Virus record (IMG/VR): IMGVR_UViG_3300033066_001190
Coordinates: 42,588-106,587 of that record
Reading direction: 5' to 3' (one strand)
Origin: a virus
Lineage: Duplodnaviria; Caudoviricetes
DNA: 64,000 bases
The position numbers were made by a program, and so were the translations under genes. Below the pieces are notes generated by a model that searched no databases, had not been told where the DNA came from, and saw only the letters and a list, made by a program, of their open reading frames with translations. This document shows, piece after piece, positions 1 to 9,096 of the stretch (position 1 is its first letter; each line of letters opens with the position of its first letter).

Positions 1-2
1 AA

Positions 3-326
3 TTCCTTTTGGATTTAGCTTGCGCACAACAAACAACGATAGATGGATTACCTACAACAAATAATCCTGTAATCACATTGGATTATAAATGTTGTGAAGA
101 TAATCCTTGTATTCAAACCGTTGCTGTAACAGTTTCCACACACTTACAACAAATATTAGATTGTATTTGTGCTTTAAATGCTAGAGTGGTAGAGCTTGAA
201 TCTCAAGTTTCTACATTTGCTACACAAAGTTCAGTGACAGCTTTAAGTCAACAAATTCAATGTTTGAAAACTTCCATAAATTTATGGAATCAATCAACAG
301 ATAACCCTATAACAATCAATTGCTAA
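3..326 (+). CDS. Cys-rich virion structural protein, probably 5'-truncated by the window edge
   Basis: Frame stays open to the window start (track starts at TTG 9). Contains CC...C...LQQILDCIC, then a coiled-coil-like stretch. Stop overlaps the next ATG (TAATG). Confidence 0.55.
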   Translation, partial: FLLDLACAQQTTIDGLPTTNNPVITLDYKCCEDNPCIQTVAVTVSTHLQQILDCICALNARVVELESQVSTFATQSSVTALSQQIQCLKTSINLWNQSTDNPITINC

Positions 327-1069
327 TGAGTTGCACAGATTGCAGAGATAGTATTTTAAATAACCAAGGTAGTATTATAGCTACACCAGCGTGTCAAGAT
401 AATTGTCCTGAAGAAGTTGATTGTGCAGGTATTAGCACCTATTCTAAATGTGTTATGGTTGGTATTGCATTAGAATGCATTGACACTCAACCTAATACGC
501 CTTTGGATACAGTATTAGCATTACTAGATAATAAAGCTTGTCAGGCGTATACAGATACATATAAAGTAAAAGTAGATGTAGATGACACATGTCCAGGATT
601 TTTAGATGATAAAATTGAATCTGATTCTTTTGTTATAGATATTTCTGATAATTCAGGTTGTAAAAAAATTACAATAAATGAAAAGAGATGGGCAGATCTT
701 TATGAAGATTTCCCAACTTTAAGTTCTCCTTGGGAAGAAGCAACAGGAACTGTAGCCTCATTACAATATGCTATCAGAAACGATGAAGTAAGATTTAAAG
801 GAGCTATCACAATTCCCACAATTGGTAATGAATATCCTTCTGGAGGTTATGTAAATATTGCAACTCTTCCAGCAGAAGCTTGTCCAACAGAACCAAGAAT
901 ATTTTTTCAAACATTTGGTAAAAGCGCACCTCCTGCAAATGCTCCTGTACAATGGACATTGATTATTAATACTGATGGTAGTATTGATATTATAACTAAT
1001 ACTTTATCTCCAGGAGATACTTTTGGAAGTATAGTTTTTTATTTAGACATTGTTAATTACACCTTATAA
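326..1069 (+). CDS. Cys-rich structural/fibre-associated protein
   Basis: ATG 326 overlaps the previous TAA. N-terminal Cys domain (CV...LEC...TPL..VL..L...AC), KVKVDVDDTCPGFLDDKI, and a C-terminal beta-rich segment resembling phage fibre tips (VRFKGAI...IATLP...P). Confidence 0.6.
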   Translation: MSCTDCRDSILNNQGSIIATPACQDNCPEEVDCAGISTYSKCVMVGIALECIDTQPNTPLDTVLALLDNKACQAYTDTYKVKVDVDDTCPGFLDDKIESDSFVIDISDNSGCKKITINEKRWADLYEDFPTLSSPWEEATGTVASLQYAIRNDEVRFKGAITIPTIGNEYPSGGYVNIATLPAEACPTEPRIFFQTFGKSAPPANAPVQWTLIINTDGSIDIITNTLSPGDTFGSIVFYLDIVNYTL

Positions 1070-2049
1070 TGAGTTGCCCAGAAACCCCAGATAATTGCGG
1101 ATGCTTATATCCTTCTAATACAAATTGTGTTGTACTAAAAGGTATTAATACAAACTGCCTATCGTTGGAAAATGGTACACCCCTATCTGATGCACTTAAT
1201 ACTATATTGAGTTCTGTTTGTGATTCAGTTCCACCTTCAGGGGTAAATCTAGTAGAATTGAGTCAAGGTAATGGAATTGTTATTACAGAAAATGTTGTAG
1301 GTGACACTAGAATTTATACAATTGGTGTTAGTTCCTCTCTGATTAATCAGATAAATAACAATAGTTCTAAAATAACTACCCTTCAAGGATGTGTGCAGAA
1401 TTCAGTTTTAAACATTACTTCTGATACATTAACTGTTACACAAACAGCAGCTACAGCATGTGGAAGAACTTTAAATCTTGAAATTGCTGTACCAACAGGA
1501 ATTAGCTTGGATGGAATTATCGAGAATGATTTAACTAAACATGGGGCAAATGGTTCTAGTTTAAACCAAGTTCTTAAAAATTTTAGTTATGATTTATCAT
1601 CAGCAAAATCTGGAGATCAAGTAAAGTTACAAATAGTTGGTCAAGTAGGTCGCCCTGAAGGAGGTTTACCAGATAACATCACCATAAATCTTTATGACAA
1701 AACAGGAAGTTCTATTGTTTTTACATTTGAAGATAATTTGTTTATAAGTAGCTCACCTGCACAAAAGTATGGATTTAATGTAGAAATCATTATAGATTTA
1801 GAAACAGATATAACAAATGGTGAAGCCGATGTTGTTATAAATGCAATATGGAATAGAAATGCTGAATCTAATGGAACTGAAGATGCTTCAGGTAATATAC
1901 CTCAAGTTCGTTCAATATTCAATAAATCTGTAAGTAATTTAGGATTTACAAACTTTGTAACAAAGGTTTTAACAAGCAATTATTCAACTTTGGGTTCAAG
2001 CTACACTTTCTTAAAGAAATTTACAGCAGAGGTTCGTAAAAAAATATAA
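1069..2049 (+). CDS. Cys-rich structural protein, paralogue of the previous ORF at its N-terminus
   Basis: MSCPETPDNCGC...CVVLKG...NCLSLENGTPLSDALNTILSSVC aligns by eye with the N-domain of 326..1069. TAATG coupling. Confidence 0.6.
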   Translation: MSCPETPDNCGCLYPSNTNCVVLKGINTNCLSLENGTPLSDALNTILSSVCDSVPPSGVNLVELSQGNGIVITENVVGDTRIYTIGVSSSLINQINNNSSKITTLQGCVQNSVLNITSDTLTVTQTAATACGRTLNLEIAVPTGISLDGIIENDLTKHGANGSSLNQVLKNFSYDLSSAKSGDQVKLQIVGQVGRPEGGLPDNITINLYDKTGSSIVFTFEDNLFISSSPAQKYGFNVEIIIDLETDITNGEADVVINAIWNRNAESNGTEDASGNIPQVRSIFNKSVSNLGFTNFVTKVLTSNYSTLGSSYTFLKKFTAEVRKKI

Positions 2050-2050
2050 A

Positions 2051-2965
2051 ATGGCTCTATTAGAAACAGCTTCTATTATAACTTTAGATGGTACAGGTAC
2101 AGAAATACCTACAATAGTTCTTACGGATCCTTGTAGCTTTTATGTACTTCAAGGTTCTGTTACAACAACAGGTAATTATGCAATTGTTCCAACAGGTACT
2201 CCAATTGTAGGATATAAGGTTGAATTTTATATAGATGGGGTTATTGACATCACTACAAATAGTAAAACATTTAGTATTTTTGGTAAGACTTTAACACAAT
2301 TACAGCTTTCAAGTCCTCAGAAAATAGAATGTAGGTATTTAGGTTCAAGTTGGTTTGTGCATATTATTCCTTCATTTGGATCAAGTGCAATTATTTCTCA
2401 AGCTAATTTAGGAGCAAATTCAGTTCCTGCATCAGCTATACCTAATGACAGTATTACAGATGCTAAGTTAGCTACAATGACAGCAGCTTCATTAAAATAT
2501 GGAAATGCATCAGGAGATCCAGGAAATTTAGCAATTGGTAATAACCAAATTCCAATAGGAAATGGTACAACTATCACCACAACTACAGTTAGTTCTTTGT
2601 ATGGATCAATGATTTCTGGTAAATACTTCGTCATCTATGGTGATATTTCATGGACATCTGGAGAACAAAATAAGAGTTATTACTATTTGCCAGCAGGAAA
2701 TAGTTATTCTTTACAACAAATATTGTTTAGAAGCTATTCTGACATGTCTTCAGGAGGTTCTGCGGAATTAGAAGTGTTTAATAGTGGAACTTCTATATAT
2801 GCAAATACAGCAGTTTTTGGTTCTGCTGCTGCTGCTGGAGCTTCAAATGCTTTTACATTTAGTCCTGTTGAACCTTTTTCAGCAGGAGATACTTTGGAAT
2901 TACTCCCTTCAAAATCAACCCCAGGAGGAAAAGCTAAATTTACAGCTTTATTCCTCATAGTATAA
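2051..2965 (+). CDS. virion structural protein (head/tail fibre-like)
   Basis: S/T/G-rich, with a fibre-type SITDAKLATM...GDPGNL motif. Lies in the structural operon. Confidence 0.5.
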   Translation: MALLETASIITLDGTGTEIPTIVLTDPCSFYVLQGSVTTTGNYAIVPTGTPIVGYKVEFYIDGVIDITTNSKTFSIFGKTLTQLQLSSPQKIECRYLGSSWFVHIIPSFGSSAIISQANLGANSVPASAIPNDSITDAKLATMTAASLKYGNASGDPGNLAIGNNQIPIGNGTTITTTTVSSLYGSMISGKYFVIYGDISWTSGEQNKSYYYLPAGNSYSLQQILFRSYSDMSSGGSAELEVFNSGTSIYANTAVFGSAAAAGASNAFTFSPVEPFSAGDTLELLPSKSTPGGKAKFTALFLIV

Positions 2966-3011
2966 AATAAACGTTGCTGTTCTTTTTGTTGCTTTAAAGA
3001 AGCATGTTTTT

Positions 3012-3037
3012 AGGGAGGGGAAACCCTCTCTTTTTTT
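3012..3037 (+). terminator. Rho-independent terminator
   Basis: AGGGAGGG-GAAA-CCCTCTCT hairpin with a GNRA loop, followed by a T run. Confidence 0.85.
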
Positions 3038-3059
3038 GACAATTTTCAACCTTATATAA

Positions 3060-4532
3060 ATGACAAATTACGAAATCGAACAAAGGATTAGACAAATAGA
3101 GAGATCTCTACAATGTAAACAATCCTGTAGTTCTTCTGGAAGATTTGCAGCTAGGTCTATAGATTATAGCACATTACTTAAACAATATCAAGAAGCTAAA
3201 CTTAGTCCTGGGTGGTATTTAATAGAAGACTATCAAACCATTTGCAAAGTACAATTTACAGATAGTAGTCATGATGGATCAGGAGGTGATGAAATATTAA
3301 ATACTGAAATAGGTAATTGGACACCTCTTGTAGAACCTCTTTATATCAGAGCTATTACGGAAGACACATTTGATCCCAATGTAGTAAGTGCATTATACCC
3401 AAGTCATAGTATTTTATATGATATTGATAATAGCATTGCCGAATATTATGAATATGACGGAATTAATCATAAAGGAGTTATTTATCACAGGTTGAGTCCA
3501 AAAGGGCAACACAGACAATATGATTTTATGTCTGTTGTCTTTCGTAGATGGGTAGATTCACTAGGAAGGTATGTAGAAGTAAAACCTACAGTGGATGTAA
3601 ATGACTATCAGGATTATTTGTGTAATTTTGTAGGAGCAGAAATAACTGTAGAACAATGTTTCAGCTCTTCTGCCCAATCTGAATTCAATACACAATATGG
3701 ATTAGACAATACGGTGATTCAAGCCAAGGGTCTTGTTGTTTTTAATTTGGAAATTGCAGCCAATGCCACTACAGGAACTTATTCATTTTCTGGTTATTTT
3801 TCAGACCAACTTAGATTACTTGTTCAATATAATCCTACAGATTTTACATGTTATGTACCTGGAGTTGCTACAGTTTCTTCAATTGATGTAGTTAATAAAA
3901 CCATAACTTTTGCTACAGCCCCCACTACAAGTGATTACAACAGTTATTGTGTAATAAGGGGTACTGATGCAGCCAATGGTTCTACAATTCAATATGCTTA
4001 CGGTAATACGTTTGGAGGAAGTTTTAATGAAATACACAGTGAGTTTATACATAATACAATAGTGTATGGAGAAACTGGAGCTGTACATGCTGTAAGAGTT
4101 GGGGGAATAAGGGTGCAAAGTTTGGCTAGATTAATTGGAGCAGGAAGAGTAAGTAATTCTTTTTTTGGTAACCCTTTATGTACAGCAGGTACAGTGGCTA
4201 ATCTATCGGCTTTTGTTTTTCTTGATAATTTCTTTTTGGGAGATGGTGATTTTACAGATAATATATTTCAAAAAGCAGCAAACTTAACAGTAGATGACAA
4301 TAATTCAATAACTCATTCCACATGGCATACTTTAGAAACTATATTGTTTAATGGTAATGTTGCAAGTCACGAATTTAATAACAGTGTTGCCAATAAAACA
4401 ATAGCCAATGTAGCAGATTTAAGCGATCCAACAAAAGAAACAAGTTCATTCATTGATTTGAATGATGGAAAACATTATTTGGTGGAATTTGTCGGAGGTG
4501 TATTATCTCAAGGAACTGTAATAACTAATTAA
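3060..4532 (+). CDS. tail fibre/spike-like protein with probable C-terminal beta-helix
   Basis: LSPGWYLIEDYQT motif typical of Bacteroidota phage fibres. N/F/G periodic C-terminal region. Confidence 0.5.
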   Translation: MTNYEIEQRIRQIERSLQCKQSCSSSGRFAARSIDYSTLLKQYQEAKLSPGWYLIEDYQTICKVQFTDSSHDGSGGDEILNTEIGNWTPLVEPLYIRAITEDTFDPNVVSALYPSHSILYDIDNSIAEYYEYDGINHKGVIYHRLSPKGQHRQYDFMSVVFRRWVDSLGRYVEVKPTVDVNDYQDYLCNFVGAEITVEQCFSSSAQSEFNTQYGLDNTVIQAKGLVVFNLEIAANATTGTYSFSGYFSDQLRLLVQYNPTDFTCYVPGVATVSSIDVVNKTITFATAPTTSDYNSYCVIRGTDAANGSTIQYAYGNTFGGSFNEIHSEFIHNTIVYGETGAVHAVRVGGIRVQSLARLIGAGRVSNSFFGNPLCTAGTVANLSAFVFLDNFFLGDGDFTDNIFQKAANLTVDDNNSITHSTWHTLETILFNGNVASHEFNNSVANKTIANVADLSDPTKETSSFIDLNDGKHYLVEFVGGVLSQGTVITN

Positions 4533-4543
4533 ACCTATACGTT

Positions 4544-4810
4544 ATGGCAGAAAGAATATTCAATTGGTTTGATTTAATTTTAAACTATTTTACAGAACAT
4601 TTATCCCAAGATCAGGTGGAAAAAAGCATATCTTTCATCACAGGCGATTTAGCAGTTATGGCATTTTTATGGATACACTTAGATATAAGTGATTTTTTAG
4701 TCAAAATATGTGCTACTATTATATTAGGTATAGTGGGTGGAGCTGCGGGTTTATGTGGTAAGGATTTGTATAATTGGGTAAAAACAAAAGCTAAAAAGAA
4801 ATGGCATTGA
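4544..4810 (+). CDS. putative holin/antiholin (small membrane protein)
   Basis: Hydrophobic segments and a basic C-terminus (KTKAKKKWH), upstream of the endolysin. Confidence 0.6.
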   Translation: MAERIFNWFDLILNYFTEHLSQDQVEKSISFITGDLAVMAFLWIHLDISDFLVKICATIILGIVGGAAGLCGKDLYNWVKTKAKKKWH

Positions 4811-5100
4811 ATATAGACAGGTTTAACTTCATACAGATGTTTAATAATAGCAAGGGTAAAACATCCTTGATGTTATTTTCATCATTTATTGGAGTTATCA
4901 CTTCTTCTTTGATATTTACTTTATGCGGAGTTATAGCAGCATTTATGGTGATGTTTGAAGCCAAATCTACAGACATTTCTAATGTTCTAACATCATTAGC
5001 TATGCAGTCGGTAGGCTTATTTACAGTGTCAATAGGAGCATTAACAACTAGAAGATTTACAGACGATAAAACAATTACAAACGAAAATAAAGAAATATGA
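4801..5100 (+). CDS. putative holin (2 TM segments)
   Basis: F.NSKGKTS followed by long hydrophobic stretches. Overlaps the endolysin start. Confidence 0.6.
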   Translation: MALNIDRFNFIQMFNNSKGKTSLMLFSSFIGVITSSLIFTLCGVIAAFMVMFEAKSTDISNVLTSLAMQSVGLFTVSIGALTTRRFTDDKTITNENKEI

Positions 5101-5621
5101 TTTGGTTATATGCAGGGCATAATAATGGGGACTGCGGAGCAATTGCAAATGGTGTAAAAGAAGCAGATTTAACAAAGGAGCTTAGAAACCTTGTCAAGCA
5201 AAAGCTTGATGCAAAAGGTGTAAAAGTCACAATTGATGACGATGCTGATAATTTAATTACAACAATCAAAAAAACAAAATCAACAGAAAATGACGTTATT
5301 ATTGATATACATTTTAACAGTAGTGCTAGTGTCAGTGCCACAGGAGTAGAAACCTTAATTCCTGATAGGTTCACTGTAAAAGAACAAAATTTAGCTAAAA
5401 TTATTTCTGCTGGAATTGCTAAGACATTAGGAATTAAAGATAGAGGTGTAAAAACTGAAATTGATTCCCATAGAGGTAGATTAGGTATTTTACATCCAGC
5501 AGGAACAAATGTCCTTATTGAGGTGTGCTTTATTTCTAATCTTAAAGATTTACAAAGCTACCAAATCAAGAAAAATTTAGTAGCAGATGTTATTGTTAAC
5601 AGTTTAATTGGATTAAAATGA
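5097..5621 (+). CDS. endolysin, N-acetylmuramoyl-L-alanine amidase (Amidase_3)
   Basis: AGH...GA..NG.KE, IDIHFNS, GVET and LIEVCFISN Zn-amidase motifs. Confidence 0.93.
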   Translation: MIWLYAGHNNGDCGAIANGVKEADLTKELRNLVKQKLDAKGVKVTIDDDADNLITTIKKTKSTENDVIIDIHFNSSASVSATGVETLIPDRFTVKEQNLAKIISAGIAKTLGIKDRGVKTEIDSHRGRLGILHPAGTNVLIEVCFISNLKDLQSYQIKKNLVADVIVNSLIGLK

Positions 5622-6334
5622 AAAAAGTAATAGAATTCTTTAGTGATAAATTAAATAGAGTGGCAACAATAGGTGTTGTTGTTATTATTGTTTTAATTCT
5701 TTTGTTAGCAAAATGTGGTTCTAAAAAATCAAACCTCGATTCAGCATTGACATCTTTGGATTCTTTGAAGATGGAATTTACAGTGAAACATGCTAAAGAC
5801 AGCTCTATCATAGCTGAACAGGCTTTGCTGATAGTAGATAAGGACAATGCAATGATTAAACAAATAGAAAAGTTTGAAAAATTATCTAAAGTTAAAGCTA
5901 AGATTAGCACTATCACTGTTACCAAGATTGATTCCGTACTTATCCCTATTGAAAAGCCTATTGTTATAACCATCGTAGATTCCTTAAACGATTCTACTAA
6001 ATACCTAAAAACTCCTGCTGATTTTGAGGTTTCTAAGCCTGATTATTCAATCAAAGGAACTATCACTGATTCTTCTGTATTAGTTAAATCTATCCTAATT
6101 CCAGATACATCAACAATCATCATTGGAGATAAATCTACAGGATTATTCAAAAGACAATCTATTGTAAGAATCAAACATTCAAACCCCTTTATTCAACAAT
6201 CTTCAATGAACAATGTAGTTGTAAAGGATGATAAAATTAATAAACCTGTTGTAGGATTTATTATAGGTGGAGCTACAGGAATTGTAGCTGCAACAATTGT
6301 TAATGTATTAGTAAACTCTTTAAAACCTCGATAA
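5618..6334 (+). CDS. putative spanin (N-terminal TM/lipobox-like Cys, coiled coil, C-terminal TM)
   Basis: Hydrophobic stretch ending LLAKCGS, C-terminal PVVGFIIGGATGIVAATIVNVLV, directly after the endolysin. Confidence 0.55.
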   Translation: MKKVIEFFSDKLNRVATIGVVVIIVLILLLAKCGSKKSNLDSALTSLDSLKMEFTVKHAKDSSIIAEQALLIVDKDNAMIKQIEKFEKLSKVKAKISTITVTKIDSVLIPIEKPIVITIVDSLNDSTKYLKTPADFEVSKPDYSIKGTITDSSVLVKSILIPDTSTIIIGDKSTGLFKRQSIVRIKHSNPFIQQSSMNNVVVKDDKINKPVVGFIIGGATGIVAATIVNVLVNSLKPR

Positions 6335-6456
6335 TGGCAGCTAAACCCACTAGTAATAACTTTTCACCTAAACCTAAGAAAGGTAAATCTAAAGCTAAAA
6401 AGAAATTAAATAAATCAGAAAAGAAGAATAAAAAGCCATACAAAGGTCAAGGTTAA
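6334..6456 (+). CDS. small very basic protein (40 aa), not in the ORF track
   Basis: TAATG coupling to the spanin-like gene. Translates MAAKPTSNNFSPKPKKGKSKAKKKLNKSEKKNKKPYKGQG. Followed by a terminator. Confidence 0.7.
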   Translation: MAAKPTSNNFSPKPKKGKSKAKKKLNKSEKKNKKPYKGQG

Positions 6457-6480
6457 AAAATATTGTTGTTGATTGTTGTT

Positions 6481-6525
6481 AAGCCCTCCTTGTTACAAGT
6501 CTGTAATTTTGGAGGGTTTTTCTTT
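6481..6525 (+). terminator. Rho-independent terminator of the lysis operon
   Basis: AAGCCCTCC...GGAGGGTTT stem with an inner TTACA/TGTAA stem, then TTTTTCTTT. Confidence 0.75.
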
Positions 6526-6537
6526 ATTGACTAAAGA

Positions 6538-6739
6538 ACAGTTTTCCTCTGCAAATCATTAGGTTTGAAGGTCTCTAGTCTTCTTTTGAGAGATGTTTTG
6601 TAGCAGTGATTTTATGAAGTCCTTGTTGGAAAACTGTAAAAAGCAGAATGATCTGTTAAGAGCAAGGGTATAAAATGCCTCACTACTATCGGTGACTATT
6701 TCAACACCTTTTTGTAATTAGCTTTCACTAACTCTGCTT
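6538..6739 (+). ncRNA. candidate structured RNA (or ssDNA) element of two long hairpins
   Basis: ACAGTTTTCC 6538-47 pairs with GGAAAACTGT 6628-37. AAGCAGA 6641-47 pairs with TCTGCTT 6733-39. Inner stems need G-U pairs on the + strand. Confidence 0.5.
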
Positions 6740-6754
6740 CCAGTTGGAACATAA

Positions 6755-6870
6755 ATAAAAAACCCCCACTTTTTCAAGTGAGGGCTGTTCCAAAAGCCTC
6801 ACTAAATGCTGAGACCCAAGTAGAGAGGTTAGGAACAATATCTTACAACATTAGTTCTCAGTTAATGGTT
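6755..6870 (-). ncRNA. candidate ~115-nt antisense/leader RNA ending in a terminator
   Basis: Host-type promoter at 6875-6904 (-). Minus-strand hairpin AGCCCTCACTT-GAAA-AAGTGGGGGTT followed by a T run. Confidence 0.55.
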
Positions 6871-6874
6871 GTTA

Positions 6875-6904
6875 CAAAATTAATACTTTTATCGAAATTA
6901 CAAA
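6875..6904 (-). promoter_or_regulatory. Bacteroidota sigma-ABfr-type promoter (-33 TTTG / -7 TAnnTTTG)
   Basis: Minus strand reads TTTG, an 18-nt spacer, then TAATTTTG. Confidence 0.6.
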
Positions 6905-6974
6905 ATAAATTGTCATTAAATTCATTTATTTTGTTTATCAATTTCTGATACTCAAAAATAAAAACTATATTCAA

Positions 6975-7400
6975 ATGACCAAAACAAAAACTGTTAAAAA
7001 AAGTAAAAAGAAGGTAGATAAAGTTGCTTTGATGTCGTTCTTAAAACTAAAAGCAAGAGAGCTGACCTATTCTAGAACCAAGTGGGAAGTAATAATATAT
7101 GGATTATTAAAAGAACAAGGTATATTATTTGAATTTCAAGAGCCTATAATCACTAAAAATGGACATGGGTATATTGCTGATTTCTTAATCAAAGGTACAA
7201 ACCTTATAATAGAAATAGATGGTAAGCAATGGCATGGAACTAAAGAGCAACAAAAAAAGGATAACTTGAGATCAAGAAGATTAAGAAAAGACGGTTATGA
7301 AATTTTAAGACTTTGGAATTCTCAAGTGAGTGTTTGTTCGAAACAAGATTTGATTAAAATAATAAAACAGGCTATAGATAATGCTACTAAGGTATTGTAA
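6975..7400 (+). CDS. DUF559 / Vsr-like endonuclease
   Basis: T.WE...[26 protein letters not shown]...L...GY.ILRLWN. Confidence 0.88.
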   Translation: MTKTKTVKKSKKKVDKVALMSFLKLKARELTYSRTKWEVIIYGLLKEQGILFEFQEPIITKNGHGYIADFLIKGTNLIIEIDGKQWHGTKEQQKKDNLRSRRLRKDGYEILRLWNSQVSVCSKQDLIKIIKQAIDNATKVL

Positions 7401-8847
7401 TACGTCTTCGACAATATATCCCACTGATTACCAGATGATTGTAGTTGATTCATCTGGAGGGGATATTACGCTAACTCTTCCTGATATATCTTCAATATTT
7501 CCCCCTGGAGTACCCACTACAATTACAGACACTGTTAATTCGATTGTTTACAACATAGGAATGTATCAAATGACAGTGGTTAAATCAAGTGCTGCTAATA
7601 CAATAACTTTAGAACCTCCATCAGGAGTTACAATTGATAACACAACTTCTTATGATTTAACAGCTTTAAATGAAACTGTAACATTTACATTTGACTATGC
7701 TCTTAAAAACTATAGACTTCTCTCTACAGCCTCTCAATCTGTTTCTTCTGGCACTGTAACTTCTGTAGCAGCCCTGACAATAGGAACAACAGGTACAGAT
7801 GTTACATCTACTGTAGTCAATCCCACCACAACCCCTGTAATCACTCTTAATATCCCAACAGCCTCTGCTACAAATAGAGGAGCTTTAAGTTCTACAGATT
7901 GGTCAACTTTTAATAGTAAACAAGCAGCAATAACCACTGGAACAACTTCTCAATATTTTAGAGGAGATTTATCTCTGGCTACATTTCCAACAAATGTTTC
8001 CTCTTTTACAAACGATGTTGGTTACATCACTTCCTCTGCTTTAAGTCCTTATTTAACTTCTGCTACAGCAGCGTTGACTTATCAACCAATAGGAAGTTAT
8101 CAAACTCAACTAAATGGAACAGGGTTTATTAAAATATCTGGGACAACAATTAGTTATGATAACTCCACATACTTAACAACATCTTCTGCTGCTTCTACTT
8201 ATCAGCCTTTAGATGCCACATTAACAGCTCTAGCAGCTTATAACACAAATGGTATAATTGTACAAACAGCAGCAGATACATTTACAGGCAGAACACTAAC
8301 ATCTTCAAATGCTGCTATAACAGTAACAAATGGAGATTGTGTTTCTGGAAACCCAACAATTCTTTCTAACAACAACACAATTACACTTGCTAATAGATAT
8401 TTAAATACGTCTACAGCAGGTACAACAGAAGAAATTGTTTATTCGCTACTGATTCCTTCTGGTACGTTATCTTCAACAGATGCATTAAAAGTACAAGCAG
8501 CAGCTAAGTTTAATACGGCTGCAAATGCTGTAATTCGTTATTATTTTAACACATCTGTTACATTGGCAGGAGCAACACAATGGGCGCAAGTAGGTACAGC
8601 TAACCAAGTGACACAAGTGTTAACAAGAACAATTTGGAATACAGGGGCTGTAAACACTAATCAAGTGATGATCACTGTTACCACATCACTTGCCTCTGAT
8701 GAAACAGGTGGAGCATTAAATACTACATTTCCAGCTACATCAATAAATTTTGGAGTAGATCAATACCTCCTTATTTCATTAGCTGGTTCTGCATCAGGAA
8801 CAAATCAAATTAAAACAGTGATTGTAGAGAAAAAATTACAAGTATGA
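7381..8847 (+). CDS. tail fibre protein (S/T-rich)
   Basis: [13 protein letters not shown] and GTVTSV...[33 protein letters not shown] fibre motifs, plus YLTS/T..A..TYQP repeats. Confidence 0.75.
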   Translation: MLLRYCNTSSTIYPTDYQMIVVDSSGGDITLTLPDISSIFPPGVPTTITDTVNSIVYNIGMYQMTVVKSSAANTITLEPPSGVTIDNTTSYDLTALNETVTFTFDYALKNYRLLSTASQSVSSGTVTSVAALTIGTTGTDVTSTVVNPTTTPVITLNIPTASATNRGALSSTDWSTFNSKQAAITTGTTSQYFRGDLSLATFPTNVSSFTNDVGYITSSALSPYLTSATAALTYQPIGSYQTQLNGTGFIKISGTTISYDNSTYLTTSSAASTYQPLDATLTALAAYNTNGIIVQTAADTFTGRTLTSSNAAITVTNGDCVSGNPTILSNNNTITLANRYLNTSTAGTTEEIVYSLLIPSGTLSSTDALKVQAAAKFNTAANAVIRYYFNTSVTLAGATQWAQVGTANQVTQVLTRTIWNTGAVNTNQVMITVTTSLASDETGGALNTTFPATSINFGVDQYLLISLAGSASGTNQIKTVIVEKKLQV

Positions 8848-9053
8848 TATTAATAGATAGCGTAGATAAAACAATACTAATAGGCAACCAAATCCAAACC
8901 TTTGATAATGCAGAATTGATAGATAAAGATGAAATTGGAATTTGGCTAAATCTATCTAATGGAGAAACCACAAATGTAAAAAGGTTGCTCTTTGTGTCTA
9001 CTTTAATAGACAATGATATATTAACTGAAGAAAGTTTACAACGATTGTTGTGA
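8844..9053 (+). CDS. hypothetical protein (possible fibre chaperone)
   Basis: Overlaps the end of the fibre gene. 69 aa. Confidence 0.5.
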   Translation: MILIDSVDKTILIGNQIQTFDNAELIDKDEIGIWLNLSNGETTNVKRLLFVSTLIDNDILTEESLQRLL

Positions 9054-9096
9054 AATCAAATAAAAAACATATACATTTACAAAAACAAATTTAAAC

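Noticed and set aside
6457-6974. CRISPR array, tRNA or group I intron in the large intergenic gap
   Set aside because: No regularly spaced repeats, no cloverleaf or TTCGA T-loop, no recognisable P7 core, and flanking genes are not split.
3060-8847. Diversity-generating retroelement acting on tail fibres
   Set aside because: No reverse transcriptase and no near-identical TR/VR pair noticed in this window.
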